Below are positions 63,971 through 64,000 of a DNA stretch of 64,000 nucleotides, piece after piece (position 1 is the stretch's first letter; each line of letters begins with the position of its first letter). Both the position numbers and the translations under genes were made by a program. A model generated the notes under the pieces. That model was not told where the DNA came from. It made no database searches and worked only from the letters and a program-made list of their open reading frames with translations. Origin of the DNA: a virus. Lineage: Duplodnaviria > Heunggongvirae > Uroviricota > Caudoviricetes. The stretch lies in the IMG/VR virus record IMGVR_UViG_3300031758_000002. One strand, 5' to 3'.

Positions 63971-64000
63971 CCAAGGTAGATGTAATTTAAAGTTTCTTGC

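Noticed and set aside
1-64000. Eukaryotic giant-virus origin (suggested by type II GS, DnaJ, Trx/Grx, Nudix, Rad50/Mre11, resolvase)
   Set aside because: Bacterial rho-independent terminators, lipobox signal peptides, the sigma-70 factor, the Hc1-type histone, peptidoglycan hydrolases, and 1-4-bp overlapping operon structure all indicate a bacteriophage.
1-64000. Inteins or homing endonucleases (LAGLIDADG, GIY-YIG, HNH) and group I introns interrupting the primase, Rad50 or ligase genes
   Set aside because: No such motifs seen. The replication genes are continuous single ORFs.

Overview
This window is AT-rich (roughly 30% GC by eye) and densely packed with about 100 short genes, more than 85% of them on the minus strand. 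Gaps between genes are tiny or show 1-11 bp start/stop overlaps. More than a dozen canonical rho-independent terminators are visible (A-run, C/G-rich hairpin, T-run). Bacterial-style features are present: lipoprotein signal peptides, a sigma-70 factor and an Hc1-type histone-like protein. Together these point to a segment of a large virulent bacteriophage (possibly jumbo-class) infecting a low-GC host, possibly Bacteroidota/Flavobacteriia; the host assignment is inference.

Recognisable content by function:
- DNA replication, recombination and repair: DnaG-type primase, a split Rad50/SbcC plus Mre11/SbcD-like pair, RuvC-like resolvase, PD-(D/E)xK nuclease.
- Nucleic-acid end repair: Rnl2/Rnl5-type RNA ligase with an N-terminal extension, a PNK-like P-loop kinase, three HAD phosphatases, a calcineurin-like phosphoesterase, a DHH/DHHA1 phosphoesterase, and a Nudix hydrolase.
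- DNA methyltransferases (three): two beta-class N4/N6 enzymes and one Dam-like enzyme. One of the beta-class genes sits next to a PD-(D/E)xK candidate, so a phage-borne restriction-modification pair is possible.
- Host-like auxiliary genes with locally higher GC: type II glutamine synthetase, full-length DnaJ, thioredoxin and glutaredoxin, an SPFH/band-7 protein, a DUF932 protein, and an unannotated 57-aa Hc1-type histone H1-like gene.
- Cell-wall and secreted enzymes: RlpA-like and SLT-like lytic transglycosylases, and a secreted Serratia-type nonspecific nuclease.

The most striking pattern not explained by standard annotation is a family of at least 10 otherwise unrelated proteins sharing a conserved N-terminal roughly 20-aa sequence. 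Its prototype is MKKVIRLTESDLTRIVKRVI, and variants include MKKNLIITENQL and MNLQENIRRILREE. Every member carries an [L/I]-x-E motif at residues 5-9. This resembles the T4 capsid-targeting sequence (propeptides cleaved by the gp21 prohead protease after [L/I]-x-E). The members include a tandem triplet of small basic proteins, a 502-aa acidic protein and a 416-aa HExxH metallopeptidase-like protein. I interpret the family as candidate packaged or ejected internal-protein cargo.

Other notable items are a pair of paralogs sharing a conserved FKP...WCTS...YY core (one fused to leucine-rich repeats), a methyltransferase-like protein fused to DUF3310 embedded in an operon between the glutamine synthetase II gene and a DNA methyltransferase, and an 11-bp x4 tandem repeat inside a coding region.

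No CRISPR array, rRNA or convincing tRNA was seen. I have no tools, so all domain calls rest on motifs recognised by eye.
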